A stretch of 63,762 nt of DNA, filler included. It is 4 parts of 4 records of this genome, joined end to end, with 100 filler letters (N's around TTAATTAATTAA, not from the genome) between each part and the next. Parts side by side here need not be neighbours in the genome. Positions count along the whole stretch, not along the records: positions 56,593 to 63,762 come from DRR378314_646; 3 more parts are not named here. One strand, written 5' to 3'. Below the pieces are notes generated by a model, which searched no databases, was not told the origin of the DNA, and was given only the letters and a program-made list of their open reading frames with translations. Both the position numbers and the translations under genes were made by a program. This document shows positions 61,558 to 63,762 of this stretch, piece after piece. The stretch's first letter is position 1. Each line of letters begins with the position of its first letter.

Positions 61558-62970
61558 ATGAGCTCTATTCGCCAGCGCACCTTGGGGCTTGCGCTGCTTG
61601 TGTTTGGCGCGAGCATGCTAGTGATTGGCTTTATTAGCTATCGCTATGCTGCCCATGAGATTGAAGAACTTCATGATGCTAGCCTGGCACAAAATGCCCG
61701 TTTGCTAGAAGGGCTACTACAGGCACCACTGCCTGATAGCGACCGTACGCTTTTATTAAATAGCGTGGAGGGTGCGCTGCTACGTGCAGAGCAATCCGAT
61801 AACCGTTTTGCAGGCCATCGCTATGAAACCAAGCTGGCGTTTCAGCTTTGGGAAGGCGACCGCCTTTTGCTGCGTTCCGCCAGCGCCCCCGACACACCGC
61901 TTACCCAGCAACCACCAGGTTATTCAACGCTGTCGGTGAATCAGCATGACTGGCGCATTTACGTCCTGGAAATTACTGGCACAGACAAACGCGTGGTGGT
62001 GGGCGAGCGCGAGGACGCGCGTGGTGAACTGATCAGTGCAGTGGCACTACGCACCTTATTACCTGATCTTATTGGCCTACCGTTACTGACACTATTACTC
62101 TGGTGGTCGATCGGCTGGGGGCTCGCTCCTTTATCGCGAATGGCAGAGCAAATCCGTACCCGCGATCCCCACCACCTAAAACCGCTGACGCTTCATCCAC
62201 TTCCCCTAGAACTGGAGACCATTTCTGGCGCCATAAACCGGCTGTTGGAACGGCTCCGCCAACTGCGTATTCGCGAAAAGCGCTTTATTGCCGATGCGGC
62301 TCATGAGCTACGCACCCCCTTGGCAGTACTTGATTTGCATGCGCAAAATGCGCTCACTGCTGATAACGCCGATGACCGAGAGGAAGCCCTGCACCACTTA
62401 CGCAGCGGCGTGGCCCGTTCAACGCGGCTAGTCTCTCAGCTATTAACCCTGGCACGCCTAGACCCCGAAGAAGAACCGTTACCAGAGTATCGCTGTTCCG
62501 ATGTATTACATGAAACGCGCGAAACCTTGGCAAAGCTCTCTCCGCTAGCCGCAGAGCGACATCAACAGCTGTTACTGGATGCGGATGACTCAGCTAACTG
62601 GGCAATAGAAGAAGAACCCGGCGCTATCGAAACACTGGTACAAAATCTAGTGGGTAACGCCATTCAACACTCGCCTGCGCAAGGTGCTATCACGGTCACG
62701 CTTGAGGCATCGACAACAGACGTTATCGTCATTGTTGATGATCAAGGACCCGGTATCCCTACAGCGCAACGCAGCCGGGTGATGGAGCGCTTCCAACGTG
62801 CAGGGACTAGTGCTGGCGCGGGATTGGGGCTATCCATTGTCGAGCGCTTGGTCAAACGCCATCAAGGCGTCTTACAGCTCGATCATGCCCCTAGCGGCGG
62901 GCTTCGCGTGCGAGTAACCTTGAGTAGGAACGCCCTAACACAGCGTCAGCCAAAAAATAATCGGCCATAA
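61558..62970 (+). CDS. sensor histidine kinase (QseC/PmrB-like)
   Basis: Two TM helices, HAMP, 'FIADAAHELRTPL', NLVGNAI, DQGPGI, GAGLGLSIV. Confidence 0.93.
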   Translation: MSSIRQRTLGLALLVFGASMLVIGFISYRYAAHEIEELHDASLAQNARLLEGLLQAPLPDSDRTLLLNSVEGALLRAEQSDNRFAGHRYETKLAFQLWEGDRLLLRSASAPDTPLTQQPPGYSTLSVNQHDWRIYVLEITGTDKRVVVGEREDARGELISAVALRTLLPDLIGLPLLTLLLWWSIGWGLAPLSRMAEQIRTRDPHHLKPLTLHPLPLELETISGAINRLLERLRQLRIREKRFIADAAHELRTPLAVLDLHAQNALTADNADDREEALHHLRSGVARSTRLVSQLLTLARLDPEEEPLPEYRCSDVLHETRETLAKLSPLAAERHQQLLLDADDSANWAIEEEPGAIETLVQNLVGNAIQHSPAQGAITVTLEASTTDVIVIVDDQGPGIPTAQRSRVMERFQRAGTSAGAGLGLSIVERLVKRHQGVLQLDHAPSGGLRVRVTLSRNALTQRQPKNNRP

Positions 62971-62977
62971 GAGAGCT

Positions 62978-62994
62978 GTTAAGATTCCCATAAG
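62978..62994 (+). promoter_or_regulatory. PmrA/QseB-type direct-repeat box upstream of the CBS gene
   Basis: GTTAAG-N5-CATAAG, with a third CATAAG at 62966-62971. Confidence 0.5.
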
Positions 62995-63072
62995 AATTCC
63001 GTGCAAGTGTGAAAGTACAAGATAGGCAATGCCATTTACGACCTATCTATTCACATAACGGAGATTCCCTGA

Positions 63073-63690
63073 ATGAATATGCTCGTCCACTCACCCAAAC
63101 CACTTATCCAGTTTGGTGAAACGCCACTGCTTATTACGCCAACAGCAAAACAGTTAACACCTGAAAGCCCTGCGTTATCAGTGCTAACAGATTTTACTCA
63201 AGTCACGCCTCAGTCAGTGTCCGCTGATACGCCCATCGACGATGCTCATTTAAAAATGCGCCATGGCGGTGTTCGCCTATTGTTTGTTCTCGACAAAGCA
63301 AACCACTGCATTGGCGTGCTCACCGCCAAAGAAGTCATCGGAACACGGCGCATTAACTTGGCGATGCAGCAGAGAAACCTTGATCGTACGGAAATTACAG
63401 CCGATATGATTATGACGCCCTGGCAAAAACTTAGTGCGATGCCCTTTGAGCAACTTAACTCATTAACGATTGAAGACCTTGTGCTTTCCATGGAGAGTTT
63501 TACAGAACAGCACTTGTTGATTACTGAGCATAAACAAAATCAACCATTAAGCGTACGCGGTATTATTTCTGCCACCGATATACAACACGCCATGGGCAAT
63601 AAAACCACGATGCAGGTCACCTCTTCGGCAGTGCCAACGGCCAGTAGCTTTGCCGATATTTGCAAAGTCATTACCGGGCACGATTTATAG
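63073..63690 (+). CDS. CBS domain protein
   Basis: 'GGVRLLFVLD...IGVLT', 'ADMIMTP', 'RGIISATDI'; SD GGAG upstream. Confidence 0.85.
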   Translation: MNMLVHSPKPLIQFGETPLLITPTAKQLTPESPALSVLTDFTQVTPQSVSADTPIDDAHLKMRHGGVRLLFVLDKANHCIGVLTAKEVIGTRRINLAMQQRNLDRTEITADMIMTPWQKLSAMPFEQLNSLTIEDLVLSMESFTEQHLLITEHKQNQPLSVRGIISATDIQHAMGNKTTMQVTSSAVPTASSFADICKVITGHDL

Positions 63691-63734
63691 TCTCGAAGAC
63701 AAACAGGCCAAGTCTACCGCTAGCCTTTACCAAA

Positions 63735-63762
63735 ACGCCCCTTATCAATTGATAAGGGGCGT
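63735..63762. terminator. perfect 28-bp palindrome, probable terminator
   Basis: ACGCCCCTTATCAATTGATAAGGGGCGT downstream of the CBS gene, at the window end. Confidence 0.7.

Noticed and set aside
1-63762. CRISPR arrays, cas genes, rRNA, transposases, retrons
   Set aside because: No repeat-spacer periodicity or diagnostic protein or RNA motifs were seen in any contig.

Overview
The window is a concatenation of four unrelated contigs separated by artificial 100-nt spacers (44 N + TTAATTAATTAA + 44 N at 21348-21447, 42708-42807 and 56493-56592), so adjacency across spacers means nothing. Taxonomic labels are inferred from gene content and protein style. (1) 1-21347, Marinobacter-like gammaproteobacterium: partial tRNA-Val(GAC), EamA transporter, a secreted lipase-like gene with a membrane-anchored partner, an uncharacterised 7-gene cluster (YceI, CDP-alcohol phosphotransferase, MDR dehydrogenase, COG0720/PTPS-like enzyme, fused glycosyltransferase-methyltransferase, LPG-synthase-TM flippase-like protein, RibD-C reductase), XRE regulator, galU, an orphan TpsB-like barrel, opgG-orf-opgH-opgD and the prpR-prpB-prpC methylcitrate operon. 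(2) 21448-42707, Flavobacteriaceae-like: one end of an integrative conjugative element with a degenerate tRNA-Pro-like att site, a compact tra module (TraE/F/G/I/J/K/M/N-like), amidase plus amphipathic peptide, excisionase-like HTH, membrane-anchored AraC, RteC, and a cargo module of MauE/DoxX protein, small secreted two-Cys peptide, metzincin and SusD/SusC with structured leaders. (3) 42808-56492, an intron-rich eukaryote: 3' end of an OSBP-family gene, an SLC7/LAT amino-acid transporter, RPL7A (eL8) and a pinin-like gene, all spliced GT-AG. (4) 56593-63762, Halomonas-like: rep helicase, di-heme cytochrome c5, GNAT, QseB/QseC-like two-component system and a CBS protein. The best candidates for undescribed systems are the ICE-borne MauE/peptide/protease/SusCD module and the pterin/glycosyltransferase/lipid cluster.
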